Under the pieces are notes generated by a model. It was given only the letters and a program-made list of their open reading frames with translations, had not been told where the DNA came from and searched no databases. From a virus (Duplodnaviria > Caudoviricetes): a stretch of 57,432 nt of DNA. The translations under genes and the position numbers were made by a program. The stretch is from the IMG/VR virus record IMGVR_UViG_3300036794_000037, positions 1 through 57,432 of that record. One strand, written 5' to 3'. This document shows positions 34,581 to 44,671 of the stretch, piece after piece. Every line of letters starts with the position of its first letter. Within the stretch, counting starts at the first letter, position 1.

Positions 34581-34984
34581 GCCTCGTACTCCTCACGGAT
34601 GGCCGAATCCAGGTGACGGTTCAGGTCCTGGTTCTCTTCCTCCAGGTCGCGGATGCGCTGCTTCAGGGCGATGTAGTCATCCTCGGGAGCCACTACGTAC
34701 CGGCGCGGGATTCCGGGGTAGTAGGCGAGATCGTCGGCGAAGAACTCGATGCCGAAGACCATCTCCCGGTCCTCCAGGAGAGCATGACGGTAGGCAATTG
34801 CGAGGTCGGCGTAAGTCAGCTTGTAGCTGGCCGCCTTGGTCCCCTTGAACTCGATAAGCTCATCGGGGGTGCGGACGTCGCTCTTGAACTTGTCCCCGTT
34901 GCCGGAGCCGGAGTTGACCTGGCCGCCCCAGCGCTTCGCGCCCTCGGCCTCCTGCTTGCGGGAGCGCTTCATCCGGTCGTCCAT
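34574..34984 (-). CDS. Holliday junction resolvase (PD-(D/E)XK)
   Basis: QE...A..GG..NSGSG..KSDV...LIEFK.T. Confidence 0.75.
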   Translation of the reverse strand: MDDRMKRSRKQEAEGAKRWGGQVNSGSGNGDKFKSDVRTPDELIEFKGTKAASYKLTYADLAIAYRHALLEDREMVFGIEFFADDLAYYPGIPRRYVVAPEDDYIALKQRIRDLEEENQDLNRHLDSAIREEYEAW

Positions 34985-36099
34985 TATCGCTTCCTCTTGG
35001 TCTCGGCCTCGTCGGCGGCCTGCTGGGCGATCTCGTCGGCCAGCCGGGGGTCGGACGCGTACTCCAGCACCTCGTCGCGGAGCTTCTCCCGGAGCGTGAG
35101 ATCCTCCAGGAGGGACGCCTCCATGTCGGCCTTGGACTTCCAGGACATCCCGTCGAAGTCGAGCCAGCTCCCCCGGACGCCGATGACGCCGAAGAGCTTA
35201 CCGAGCGAGATGTACTCGGGGGCGAAGTCGATTTCCCCGCGACGGTGACCGGAGAAGGGCGCGTTCCTGAAGTAGAAGTCGAACTCGGCCTTCTGCTCGG
35301 GCGCGGTGGACTTGTTCTTCATCGTGGTGACCATGACGGTCTTCCCGACGGTCACCGGCTTCTCGACGCCCGGCCGCTTCTCGGTCTTGTATTCCTTGTG
35401 CTGGATCTTCAGCCGGGTGTAGAACGCGTAGTCCTTCCCGTGGCCGCCGGGGCTGGTCTGCGGGACGCCGCGAGGGGAGAATCCCCCGATCTTGTCGCGG
35501 AACTGGTTGATCACGATGCCGTAGAAAGGCTTCTCGGAGCCGTCCGACTTCCGGTAGCTGACCTTACCGGCCTTCCTCCAGAACTTGTTGAACAGCTTCG
35601 CCCCGGTGCCGACGACGAATTCGTCCATCGACTTCTCGTATTCCTCGTCCGGAATGAGGGCCGGGTAGCTGTCCAGCACCACGCAGTCGTACAGCTTGGA
35701 GGCGGTGGCGAATTCGACCAGTTCCAGGCCCAGCTCCATTGCCTGGGCGGCCGGTGCTACGACGACCCGCGCGTTATCGACGCCGATCATCTCGGCGTAT
35801 TCCGTGTTGTACGGCTCGGCCGCGCACCAGAAGGTGGTGAACTCCGGGTCCGCTTTCTGGTTGGCCGCCACGGAATTCAGGGCGACCAGGGTCTTGCCCG
35901 AGGATTCGTTGCCGATCAGCTCTGTCCACTGGTTACCCGCGAACCCGCCCCCGAGGGCGACGTCCAGCGCTAAGTCGCCGGAGGTGAACCGGCGGGGGAC
36001 CACAACGTCCGACGCGAGGACAATGGTCCCTTCCCCCGCCCTCTTGTTTAGCTGGCTCATCCAGGCCCGCACCTCGGGGCTTAGCGAAGAATCTGTCAT
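34984..36099 (-). CDS. recA: RecA recombinase, probably leaderless
   Basis: TSGDLALDVALGGG, GNESSGKT, VVLDS, INQFRDKIG, PGG; class II promoter at 36106-36137. Confidence 0.95.
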   Translation of the reverse strand: MTDSSLSPEVRAWMSQLNKRAGEGTIVLASDVVVPRRFTSGDLALDVALGGGFAGNQWTELIGNESSGKTLVALNSVAANQKADPEFTTFWCAAEPYNTEYAEMIGVDNARVVVAPAAQAMELGLELVEFATASKLYDCVVLDSYPALIPDEEYEKSMDEFVVGTGAKLFNKFWRKAGKVSYRKSDGSEKPFYGIVINQFRDKIGGFSPRGVPQTSPGGHGKDYAFYTRLKIQHKEYKTEKRPGVEKPVTVGKTVMVTTMKNKSTAPEQKAEFDFYFRNAPFSGHRRGEIDFAPEYISLGKLFGVIGVRGSWLDFDGMSWKSKADMEASLLEDLTLREKLRDEVLEYASDPRLADEIAQQAADEAETKRKR

Positions 36100-36108
36100 G
36101 CCCGCACT

Positions 36109-36270
36109 CTATGCGGTGGGCGTGTCTCTTGTCAGAAGGGACCAGAGGGCAATCTCAAGACGGGTGGCGGGACGGCAATGACCGCTGACGTTCTCCACGA
36201 CAACGGTGTGCTCCGACACCCTTCGTATTGCTCTCACGCCGGTCGCCTCCTCAATCTCCCGGCGTTCCAT
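36109..36270 (-). CDS. Small hypothetical protein
   Basis: GGAG SD; MERREIEE. Confidence 0.45.
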   Translation of the reverse strand: MERREIEEATGVRAIRRVSEHTVVVENVSGHCRPATRLEIALWSLLTRDTPTA

Positions 36271-36272
36271 GA

Positions 36273-36713
36273 TTACTCCACCCTGATAGTTCCGAAGTTC
36301 TGGCCCAGTGAATGGGGCTGGCGCGTGGCCTGGACGTTCCCGGGCTGGCGGAAGGTCATGTCCCCTGCATGCGGCTGGAAAGTCCGGCCGGGCAGATAGC
36401 CGCATTCATAGCAGCGGGCGGTGAATGCGCCTCTCGTCGTCGCGAACGAGTTCCCCCCGCATTCGGGGCATGTGTCGGTCGGCTGCGACCGCATCCACTC
36501 CGGCGGCTTCTTGATGTAGCCCTGCTGGGCTGCGATGGCCCCTGCCTGGTCCGTAGCGGCGCTCGGGGCGGCCACTGCCAGGCCCTGTGGCACCTGGTAC
36601 CCCCCGGGCACCTGACCGCCCTGGAGTGCCGCTGAGGGCGTCTGAGATGCATTCCAGTGCGGGGCGGGCTGCGCAGGCTGGACGCCCAGCGCCTTGCTCC
36701 AGAAGCTAGACAC
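36273..36713 (-). CDS. Zinc-ribbon hypothetical protein
   Basis: SFWSKALG...CPECGG...RCYECGYP-like. Confidence 0.7.
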   Translation of the reverse strand: MSSFWSKALGVQPAQPAPHWNASQTPSAALQGGQVPGGYQVPQGLAVAAPSAATDQAGAIAAQQGYIKKPPEWMRSQPTDTCPECGGNSFATTRGAFTARCYECGYLPGRTFQPHAGDMTFRQPGNVQATRQPHSLGQNFGTIRVE

Positions 36714-37104
36714 GCTTCACCTCGGGACCGTACGCGAGGACGCCCTCCTGGAGCAGCTCAGCGATGATCGCCAGGCTGGCCGACTGCATATGCCTGAACA
36801 CGACGTCCGAGTACATCTCCTCGGCATCCTCCCGCTCATCCTCGGCCAGCATGTCGCCAGCCGCATCGATGATGTAGGCGGTCTGGATCTCGGAGGCCAT
36901 CGCCGCGAACGCCGAGATCAGCGGGGAGAGCGGCTGAACCAGAGCGGCGCGCTTGTGGCACGCGACGTGGTCCATCTCCAGCCCTTCCTCACTCGGCGGA
37001 ACGAGCCCGAGCTTGGACATCCACCCCCGGACCTCATCATGCTCCAGCAGGTCCCACAGCAGGCGAGCCTTGTACTTGGGCTCTAAGTCGATTATGTCAA
37101 CCAT
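36706..37104 (-). CDS. Hypothetical protein
   Basis: High-GC3 ORF; TTA at codon 7. Confidence 0.7.
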   Translation of the reverse strand: MVDIIDLEPKYKARLLWDLLEHDEVRGWMSKLGLVPPSEEGLEMDHVACHKRAALVQPLSPLISAFAAMASEIQTAYIIDAAGDMLAEDEREDAEEMYSDVVFRHMQSASLAIIAELLQEGVLAYGPEVKRV

Positions 37105-37131
37105 TCTCTCTCCCTCAGTCACGTGGGAATC

Positions 37132-37593
37132 CTACCCGATCTCGTCTTCATGCGGGCATACGCCATCGTTCACGCGCTTGCCGCAATTACAGTTGTAGCA
37201 GAGAAGCTCGAATCCCTCGGGGAAGTCATTCTTCACCAGCCAGATGCTGATCGCAGAAGCACCTATCTCCTTGCGGTGCTGCCTGCCGCCGCCGTTAATG
37301 TGCTCCACCGTCAAGAATTTAGGGTTAGACTCTCCGCAGCATCGGCATAATCGGCCATAGTGCTCCATGACCTTCTCCCGAGCTTCTATGCGCTGCTGGC
37401 GACCCTTCGCCCTGCGTGCTTCCTCCTTCTCCGGGTTGGCCGCGCGATACCCAGCGAGATACTCAGCCCTGCACTGCTTGCAATACTGTTGTAACCCATC
37501 GCCCCTCTGTTTGTTCTTCTGGAACTCCGATAACTCCTTCGACTTATCGCAGCGGATGCATACCTTAGCCCCGGTCACTTTGCCTCCGACCAT
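37132..37593 (-). CDS. Free-standing HNH-type endonuclease
   Basis: KVCIRC...CKQC; CRCCGE..FLTVEHINGGG...LLCYNCN; lower GC3. Confidence 0.8.
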   Translation of the reverse strand: MVGGKVTGAKVCIRCDKSKELSEFQKNKQRGDGLQQYCKQCRAEYLAGYRAANPEKEEARRAKGRQQRIEAREKVMEHYGRLCRCCGESNPKFLTVEHINGGGRQHRKEIGASAISIWLVKNDFPEGFELLCYNCNCGKRVNDGVCPHEDEIG

Positions 37594-39527
37594 GTACGGC
37601 CGATGCCAGCGTCCGCAGTAACGGGCACCCTGATCATGCGTGCGATACGGTTATCAATCATCGCCTTCTCCAAGAGATGCTTCGTCTCCTCCACATGTTC
37701 TTCAGGCGAAGAGCACACCAACTCATCATGTACCGAAAGCAGAACCTTCGCCCCGTGACCGGCCGCCCGGAATGCCTTGTTGGCCTCGGTTATGGCGACC
37801 TTGGTGAGGTCCCCGGAGCCACCCTGGATGAGGCTGTTGAATGTCTGCCGTTCGGCATACTGCCTCAGCTTGTCGTCGGCCGCGAACAGCTCGGGCACCC
37901 GGCGCATTCTCCCGCCGATGGTGCGGATGTGCGGGGGACGCCGTTTCTTGGCCTCGCGGATGACCTTCTGCCGGAACGAGTCGATCTCGGGGGAGTTATC
38001 GTTGAAGGTGTCCAAGAAGTTCCTGGCCTCCTTCTGGGAAATCCCGATCATCTTCGCAACCTTGGCTGCCCCGGCACCGTAGACGATAGCGAAGTTGATG
38101 CTCTTGCCGTATTTCTGCCGCTCGTCCTTGGTGACGTCCTGGACCTTCTTCCCGAGCGCGGACGCGGCTGTCGAATAGTGCGGATCGATGCCATTGAGGA
38201 ACCCCTCGTACATCGTGCCCCGGCCGATGTAGTGGGCCAGCAGTACCAGCTCGATCTGGCCGTAGTCGGCCACCACCAGTGTCTCTCCCGGGGCAGCGTC
38301 GAAGATGGACCGGAGCAGCCCGCCAGCGCCTTCGCCATCCTCATCCGCCCGGGGCAGGTTCTGGAGGTTCGGAGCGCGATAGGAGAACCGGCCGGTGCGG
38401 GTGCCGTGCTGCTGGGCCTCGGCGTAGATCCGGCTGTCATGGACCAGGCGGGGCTTGGCCTTGATTCCCGCCTGCTTGTCCTCCTCCACCCCGAGGTAGG
38501 AGTTCACGTACGTGGACAGGATCTTGTTGGTGTCCTGGTAGGCCAGCAGGGCGTCAACCAGCGGATTGCCCTCGAACCCTTCCAGGGCATCCGAGTCAGT
38601 GCTCCAGCCGCCGGTCTTGGTCTTCTTCCAGGGCTTAAGGGCCTGGCCGCCCTCGCGCTTCGGCCCATAGAGGATGCGCTGCTTCTGCGGGACGGAGCCG
38701 ATGTTGAACTCCTGCCCGGCGGCCTTGTAGACCCGGGCCTCATCCTCTACCAGCCGCGCGCCCAGAGTCTCCCGCAGCTCCTCCAGCTTCGGGACATCAA
38801 CATGGGTGCCGGTCAGGCGCATCTCGGTCAGCTCGTAGAACAGCGGCTGCTCGATGCCGTGGTAGACGTCCTCCAGCCCGGCGGCCTTGATCTTGGGGAA
38901 CTCGTCCTTGAAGATCATCCAGGTGTAGAGAGCGTCCATATAGGCGTAGTGCGCGACGGTGGAGAAGGGGTGCTTCTCCACGCATTTCCCGACGTTCTCA
39001 TGGTCATAGTCCACGCCGTAGAGCCGCTTGGTGTGGTACTTCAGGCCCTGCTGCGGACGGTTCTCATTCAGCAGCCATTCGATGACCTTGGTGTCGTGGT
39101 ATTCGCCGGGCGGGATTTCCCCGAAGTACTTCGCGATGGAGCCACGGTCGAATGAGGTCTCATGGTTGACGAAGAAATGGTCGGGCGAGAAGAAGAGCGG
39201 GCGTAAGATCTCGATCGCCGTCCCGATGTCTAACTGCTCGGGCGGGTCCTCATAGACCGGGACGGTGAACATCCGCGTCTTGCCGTTCTTATCGACGCGG
39301 GGCTCTTTTGCCGTCCCGACGACTTTGTCTCCGATCGGATGACCAAACGGTACGACGACGCACATGCCGTCCGTGGCCATGCTGAGCCAGGCCACGGTGT
39401 TCAGCGCCGGGTTCCCTCGCGCTTCTCCGACAGTCTCAAGGTCGTAAGCCAGACCTTTTTGGCCCATGAAGTGAGCGACCACCGAGCGGAGATGCTCGGT
39501 GGTCGTCACGACGGTGCTGGAGATCAC
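37575..39527 (-). CDS. polA: DNA polymerase family A with 3'-5' exonuclease
   Basis: DLET exo I, TGRFS..PNLQN, ADYGQIEL, KSINFAIVYG, VHDEL. Confidence 0.95.
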   Translation of the reverse strand: MISSTVVTTTEHLRSVVAHFMGQKGLAYDLETVGEARGNPALNTVAWLSMATDGMCVVVPFGHPIGDKVVGTAKEPRVDKNGKTRMFTVPVYEDPPEQLDIGTAIEILRPLFFSPDHFFVNHETSFDRGSIAKYFGEIPPGEYHDTKVIEWLLNENRPQQGLKYHTKRLYGVDYDHENVGKCVEKHPFSTVAHYAYMDALYTWMIFKDEFPKIKAAGLEDVYHGIEQPLFYELTEMRLTGTHVDVPKLEELRETLGARLVEDEARVYKAAGQEFNIGSVPQKQRILYGPKREGGQALKPWKKTKTGGWSTDSDALEGFEGNPLVDALLAYQDTNKILSTYVNSYLGVEEDKQAGIKAKPRLVHDSRIYAEAQQHGTRTGRFSYRAPNLQNLPRADEDGEGAGGLLRSIFDAAPGETLVVADYGQIELVLLAHYIGRGTMYEGFLNGIDPHYSTAASALGKKVQDVTKDERQKYGKSINFAIVYGAGAAKVAKMIGISQKEARNFLDTFNDNSPEIDSFRQKVIREAKKRRPPHIRTIGGRMRRVPELFAADDKLRQYAERQTFNSLIQGGSGDLTKVAITEANKAFRAAGHGAKVLLSVHDELVCSSPEEHVEETKHLLEKAMIDNRIARMIRVPVTADAGIGRTWSEAK

Positions 39528-40388
39528 CTAGCTCAGTTCCTCGACAACCTCGTCCAGGGTATCGAGCGAGTCCAGCTTGACGACGTCCTTCTGGGTGAAG
39601 AAGTCGTCCGCCAGCTCCTCCAGCTCGTCCGCCGACAGCGGGACGATCTTGCGCTCCTCTTCGAGGTCGCGGGACCGGATGAATTCGATCCGGTACTTGA
39701 ACGGGGCATCCTTATTCGGCCGCGCCTTCGAGACCTTGAAGTAGGTCTTGGGGTTGTTCAGCGGCCCGTGCGGCTCGGTCCACTCCTCATCAAAGGCGAA
39801 ACGCTCGATCTCGCTGATGACCGCCGGGGTGGCGACCCAGTACTTGACCTCGGGGTTCCCCTTCTTGTCGAAGACGATGACGTTGAATGCCCGCCGGAAT
39901 CCGGCGTGGCCGTCCTTCGCGCCGACATCGTCCAGGTACTCGCAGATCGGGCACGCGTCCTCAGCGCAGACATAGCTCTTCCTGGTGCCCTTGGGCAGCT
40001 TGTTCAGGAAGTGCTCGTTCCAGCTAGCGATGGGGGCTTCCTCCGCGAAACGGAACACGTAGGTCGTGTCCTCATCGACGGTGAACTTCTCCTTGTCGAA
40101 GTCCCGGGACTTCATCTTCCCCGAGCCCCAGCCGCTCTTCAGCGAGCTTCCCCCCGCGCTGGCCGGGCGCTTCCGCTCGGGCGCGTCGCCAGACTTGCGG
40201 AACCGGGGGCGCGGGCGCTCCTCTTCCTCGTCGTCCTCCTCGCGGGCGGGGCGACGGCGGGGGGCCGGACGCTCGTCCTCTTCGTCACGGGTCCGGCGGG
40301 CGCGGGGGCGCTCCTCCTGGACCTCGTCCTCGTCGTCTTCCACGGGCTCCGGGTTGACCGACCGGCGGCGGGATAACTGCCTAGGCAC
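39528..40388 (-). CDS. Single-stranded DNA-binding protein (gp32-like)
   Basis: Charged N-terminal repeats, VFRF, C..DACPIC Zn site, acidic tail; next to the polymerase; TTA at codon 5. Confidence 0.7.
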   Translation of the reverse strand: MPRQLSRRRSVNPEPVEDDEDEVQEERPRARRTRDEEDERPAPRRRPAREEDDEEEERPRPRFRKSGDAPERKRPASAGGSSLKSGWGSGKMKSRDFDKEKFTVDEDTTYVFRFAEEAPIASWNEHFLNKLPKGTRKSYVCAEDACPICEYLDDVGAKDGHAGFRRAFNVIVFDKKGNPEVKYWVATPAVISEIERFAFDEEWTEPHGPLNNPKTYFKVSKARPNKDAPFKYRIEFIRSRDLEEERKIVPLSADELEELADDFFTQKDVVKLDSLDTLDEVVEELS

Positions 40389-40453
40389 TGATACTCCTCC
40401 TTGGTGATGTTGCCATTCTCCCCGATCGGGGAGGGGTTGTCAGAACAGGGCCA

Positions 40454-40696
40454 CTACTCCCCGGGAGCCCAGGTCTCCAGGTGGGACGGCTGCTTGGCCG
40501 GGACGTTGGCCAGGGCCTCCTTGAGGTCCCGGTCCAGCAGCTTGTCGAGCATGTCGTCGGCGTACTTGACAGCCTTGCTGGGCTCCGGCCCGAGCGCGCG
40601 GATGTCGTCCTCGGTCAGCTCCACGAACGCACCGACCTTGACGTTCTCGTAGTTGCCTAAATTGACCGTGTGCTCGCGGCTCCGGGTGATCTTCAT
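40454..40696 (-). CDS. Hypothetical protein
   Basis: TVNLGNYENVKV motif; TTA at codon 13. Confidence 0.7.
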   Translation of the reverse strand: MKITRSREHTVNLGNYENVKVGAFVELTEDDIRALGPEPSKAVKYADDMLDKLLDRDLKEALANVPAKQPSHLETWAPGE

Positions 40697-41098
40697 TTAC
40701 TTCTCCCCGTTGAACAGGATGTGCGCCATGGCGGCGAACTGGGTTTTGGTGACGGCCTTGGTGAGATCGTCCAGGAGCCCTTCTTCCCGGGCAATGTCAC
40801 GCAAGCCCACTATCTGCGCCCGGGTATAGAGCCGGACCCTGCCGCCCAATGCCTTCGACGGAGTGCCGAACGTGGCCTTGGGAATGAAGCCCTTGCCCTC
40901 CCATTTCCTGATGGTCACGACCGACCGGTTAAGCGCGGCGGCCAGGCTGGAGATCGGGAAGAACTCCTTCTCCTCCCCGCGATGGAAGAGGATGACCGGC
41001 GTGCCTAACAGCTCGTCGGGCTCCCCATACTCGGGGGAGGGCTCGGGCTCCTTTTCCTGGACCCAGCCCTTCCCCGGGACGAAATAGCCGTCAGCCAT
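40697..41098 (-). CDS. MerR-like HTH DNA-binding protein
   Basis: FPISSLAAALNRSVVTIRKWEGKGFIP...RLYT. Confidence 0.8.
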   Translation of the reverse strand: MADGYFVPGKGWVQEKEPEPSPEYGEPDELLGTPVILFHRGEEKEFFPISSLAAALNRSVVTIRKWEGKGFIPKATFGTPSKALGGRVRLYTRAQIVGLRDIAREEGLLDDLTKAVTKTQFAAMAHILFNGEK

Positions 41099-41248
41099 CG
41101 TGCTCAGCATCCCGGCCAAGCTCGTAGGCGCGCTCGACCATTCCCAGGACGAGCTTCTGGATTATGGGACCGAGGAAGCGGAGCATGACGTTGACCTCAT
41201 CACGGAGATCGGTCATGGTGGCGTTCTCGAAAGGGTTCTCGTCAGCCA

Positions 41249-41596
41249 TTACTTCTCCTCCGGCACGAGCTTGCGGAGAGGCCGAGTGGGGTAGTCCTCA
41301 TGCCAGTGGGACGTAACTCCGGGTACGATCTCGGCCCAAGGCCAGTCCCCGGTGCCGCGCATGAACTTGACCCCCTTAGCGTCCATGTAGAATTCTCCGG
41401 TCTCGTACTCGGGCTCGCGCTTGTTCATCACGACCCACTCCGCGAACCAGCGGACGGCGAAGCCGAGGTTTACCTCTGAGTTGTAACCGGAGCTGTTGAC
41501 GTTCTCCCACGGGGAAGCCCCGGCCGCCTCCATCAGCTCGTACATGGTGAAGGACTCGGCCTCCAGGACGTGCTCAGGAACTTTACCGTTGATCAT
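41249..41596 (-). CDS. Hypothetical protein
   Basis: Coupled ORF. Confidence 0.6.
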   Translation of the reverse strand: MINGKVPEHVLEAESFTMYELMEAAGASPWENVNSSGYNSEVNLGFAVRWFAEWVVMNKREPEYETGEFYMDAKGVKFMRGTGDWPWAEIVPGVTSHWHEDYPTRPLRKLVPEEK

Positions 41597-41820
41597 TCTG
41601 TTTCCCCCGAGTTCTCGATGAAGCGGTAGCCGGTGCTGGTCGGCTTGAACCGGCTGAGCTTGATGCGCGTGGTCTTCTTGGGCATGTGACCCTCGTACGC
41701 CGGTTCGTTTGTAAGGACCGTGCAGATAGCATGCTCGCCTTCTACTGCGTCAACACGGAGAGTTCTCCCCGGGACGCGAGGGTCGTTGTCAGCCCATACC
41801 TGTCCAGGCTGGACGGTCAT
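41593..41820 (-). CDS. Small SH3-like hypothetical protein
   Basis: VQPGQVWADNDPR..GRTLRV. Confidence 0.65.
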   Translation of the reverse strand: MTVQPGQVWADNDPRVPGRTLRVDAVEGEHAICTVLTNEPAYEGHMPKKTTRIKLSRFKPTSTGYRFIENSGETE

Positions 41821-42314
41821 TCGTTCTCCTCCATATCTTCTCCCGCAGCTTCGAGCGGGAAGAACCGGTAAACGGGCTCGGCACCCTCGGGGAGAACGAG
41901 GAGAGAATCAATCTCTTCCTCCGAGAACACGCCCTTCTGGTGCAGACGGTAGAAAGCGTTCTGGTCCGCGACCCAGATCTGCTCGGCCACCTCGCTGAGG
42001 TCGATGCCCTTTACCTTGGCCAGTTCCAGCGCGGCGTCCTCGTCGAATGCCGGGGAAGGGTCGGTGCGGCGCTTCTCGAAGCCCGCGTACGCCTTCTCCC
42101 CGATGTAGACGGGCTGGCCGAACCTGTAGACGATGTTCCCGGGATTTCCCTCGTCGTCCTTCAGCTCGGTCCCGTTGTTGTCCAGGAAGGTCTTGAGCTT
42201 CTTCCCGAAACTGTCGAAGGACTTCTTCGCGTTCGACTGCTGACCCCGGTAATACATGAACTGCTGGAAGTCGTGGAGCACGTCGCCCAGGGAGTTGCGC
42301 TTCCGCTGGGCCAT
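41817..42314 (-). CDS. Hypothetical protein
   Basis: MAQRKRNS...; high GC3. Confidence 0.7.
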   Translation of the reverse strand: MAQRKRNSLGDVLHDFQQFMYYRGQQSNAKKSFDSFGKKLKTFLDNNGTELKDDEGNPGNIVYRFGQPVYIGEKAYAGFEKRRTDPSPAFDEDAALELAKVKGIDLSEVAEQIWVADQNAFYRLHQKGVFSEEEIDSLLVLPEGAEPVYRFFPLEAAGEDMEENE

Positions 42315-42946
42315 CAGGCCCCCTTCGGGAGCTGGTCGTTCTCGACCAGGGTCTTGTAGAGGTTCCGACCGGCCTCGTGGTGGGTCACGACCCCCTCGGG
42401 GTTCATGAACCCGGGGGCGGCCACGCTGCCCAGGGTCCGCAGCCGCTCGACCTGGGTGCTCACGACGTCCGTGGTGAACAGCCCCTGGTACAAGACAGGG
42501 ACTACGCCCAGCTCGGGGAGGCCGGAGTTCTCCAGGTTCTCCCGGGTCCAGCGGTTGGTGTTGAAGAGGGAGAACCGCTTCTCCCCGCGAGGGAGGCCGT
42601 AGCCCCGGTTGATCCCGTTCCCCCACCACTCGCCGTAGTGGAGGCCCGGCCCGAGGGTGCTCACCAGGACGGGGGCGTTCTCATGCACCCAGGCGGCGAA
42701 GCCATGGTTGTCGGTCTGCTTGCCGGGGGTGATGATCCGGCTGCGACTCTGCGCGTAGACCGCGAAGGCACCACCATGGCCGTCGTAGAAGACCTTGGCC
42801 GTGGTGATGTTCTCCGGAACGTTGTCCCGCCGCTCGATCGCCTTGATACCGACAGCGGCATTCGTACCGTCGATTTTTTCACTGATCGTGCAGTCCCGGA
42901 ATAACCGGGGGATCTTCGGGAAGGCGTGGAACTCTAAGTCGCTCAT
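42314..42946 (-). CDS. RNA ligase (Rnl2-like adenylyltransferase domain), probably leaderless
   Basis: EKIDGTN, YGEWWG, FSLF, EGVV, K; class II promoter at 42954-42985; TTA at codons 4 and 15. Confidence 0.85.
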   Translation of the reverse strand: MSDLEFHAFPKIPRLFRDCTISEKIDGTNAAVGIKAIERRDNVPENITTAKVFYDGHGGAFAVYAQSRSRIITPGKQTDNHGFAAWVHENAPVLVSTLGPGLHYGEWWGNGINRGYGLPRGEKRFSLFNTNRWTRENLENSGLPELGVVPVLYQGLFTTDVVSTQVERLRTLGSVAAPGFMNPEGVVTHHEAGRNLYKTLVENDQLPKGA

Positions 42947-42974
42947 GCGGGCCAGTCTAGTAGAGGGGAGTAGG

Positions 42975-44630
42975 TCATGTCAGAAGGGACAAGCCCTCAA
43001 TGGTCTGCTCAAGGAAATTTGTCAGGGACTGGGTCTGGCGTTCCATCTCCTTGACGCCCTTCTTGTCCCCGAGGAATGCACGACTAGTCTCCCGCTTCCC
43101 CGACTGGACATCGAGCATGCGCGCCTCCACTGTCCCCGAAGTCACGAGATTGTGGATATAGACGGTCTTGAAGGTCGAGCTGGCCCGGACGTGGCGGGCG
43201 TTAATCTGGTCAGCTTTCCCGCTCGACCAGGCAGGGTCGTAGTTAATGAGGTGGTCCGCGACCGGCAGGTCCACGCCGTGGCTCCCCGCGTGCGAACTCA
43301 GGAACACCTTCGGCCCGGACTTCGCCTTGAACTGAGCCAGGGCGCTAGCCTTGTCGTGCGGGTTCATCGCGCCGTGGAACTGGACAGACTCCTGGCCGAT
43401 CTCCTCCGCGAGGATCTCCAGCATCCCCCGGTACTTGGTGTAGACCAGGACCTTGCTCCCCGAGTTGGTCAGTTCATTTAGCTGCTCGATCAGGTGACCA
43501 AGTTTTGGGGAGCCGATTATCTCATCCAGGGCACCGGACTGCCAGAGGTCATAGCAGTACCTGGACCCCTTCTGCTTGGCCTCGGGAAGGCCCCGGGTCT
43601 CCTCATAGTCCATGCCGGACATGATGATCAGGTCGGGGTGGTCGAGGAGCTGTTCCATTGCGGTGTGGACGCACATGATTTTCCCGACCGCGCTCTTCTC
43701 GTCGGAGTGCCCCGCGTAGTAGGCCGCGACGTCGAAGCCGCCGCCGTTCTTGGCCTGCTGCTTGATCCGGTCGTAGAGATCCATGCCCATCTGCTCGTAG
43801 ACCGCCCGCGCGTCTTCCCCGAGATCGACATGCCATTCGTCGATGACGGCGTCCGGCATGTGCTTGGCGACCTCGGGCTGCTCTTTGGTGAGCCGGTGCA
43901 TTACCGGGGCCATCTTCTCCAGCAGGAGGTCGATGTTCTGGTACCCGAGGACAATCCCCCGGTCGTCCCGGACGATATACGTCGCGTCGAAGAGATCCCA
44001 GCGGCCCAGGATGGTGTCGTCCACCCACTGCATGATGCTGAACAGCTCCTCCGGCCGACCATTCTCCAGCGGGGTGCCGGTCAGGCCAATCCGGTAAGGG
44101 CTGTCCAGGTACTTCTTGAGCTTCTTCGAGCGCTGGGCCTTGAATGACTTGATGGCCGTGATCTCGTCGGCGATCACCAGGTCCGGCTCGATGCGGCGTA
44201 AGTACCGGTAGTCCGCGAGTACGTCCTCATAGGACACGATGACGTACTCCGTGGCCTCCCCGACTTCAGCCCACTGCCTCTTCCTGTCGTCGGCGGCGGA
44301 GTATTGGTGGGTATTCCGCTGGAAGGGCTTGCCGTCGATCACGATGCAGTCGGGGCTGGCGGGGATGACCACCGTCTGCTGCTTGAGCTTGTGCTTCTTC
44401 TTCGGCAGGTCGGTGAACTGCGCGAGGCTCTGCGCCCACTGGTACTTGAGCGCGGACGGGCAGACGATGACGCACAGCTTGGCCTGGCCGATGCCCAGCA
44501 TCTCCTCCGCGACCGCGATGGACATGGGCGTCTTCCCCGTGCCCTGCTCAGCCGCGATTAAGAATCTCCCCCGGGCCACTGCCCGATCGACAGGCTCTTC
44601 CTGGTACCCATGCAGGTCTCCAGCGAACAC
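42975..44630 (-). CDS. SNF2-family helicase
   Basis: EQGTGKT, IADE, LTGTPLEN, GVDL, YDPAWS..Q..R. Confidence 0.9.
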   Translation of the reverse strand: MFAGDLHGYQEEPVDRAVARGRFLIAAEQGTGKTPMSIAVAEEMLGIGQAKLCVIVCPSALKYQWAQSLAQFTDLPKKKHKLKQQTVVIPASPDCIVIDGKPFQRNTHQYSAADDRKRQWAEVGEATEYVIVSYEDVLADYRYLRRIEPDLVIADEITAIKSFKAQRSKKLKKYLDSPYRIGLTGTPLENGRPEELFSIMQWVDDTILGRWDLFDATYIVRDDRGIVLGYQNIDLLLEKMAPVMHRLTKEQPEVAKHMPDAVIDEWHVDLGEDARAVYEQMGMDLYDRIKQQAKNGGGFDVAAYYAGHSDEKSAVGKIMCVHTAMEQLLDHPDLIIMSGMDYEETRGLPEAKQKGSRYCYDLWQSGALDEIIGSPKLGHLIEQLNELTNSGSKVLVYTKYRGMLEILAEEIGQESVQFHGAMNPHDKASALAQFKAKSGPKVFLSSHAGSHGVDLPVADHLINYDPAWSSGKADQINARHVRASSTFKTVYIHNLVTSGTVEARMLDVQSGKRETSRAFLGDKKGVKEMERQTQSLTNFLEQTIEGLSLLT

Positions 44631-44640
44631 GGGTCCTCCT

Positions 44641-44670
44641 CAGCCGCGAATACTAAGCCTTCGCGTTGGC
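44641..44670 (-). repeat. Co-varying hairpin element, copy 4
   Basis: CAG-C-CGCGAA-TACTAAGCC-TTCGCG-TTGG, just upstream of the helicase SD. Confidence 0.7.
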
Positions 44671-44671
44671 A

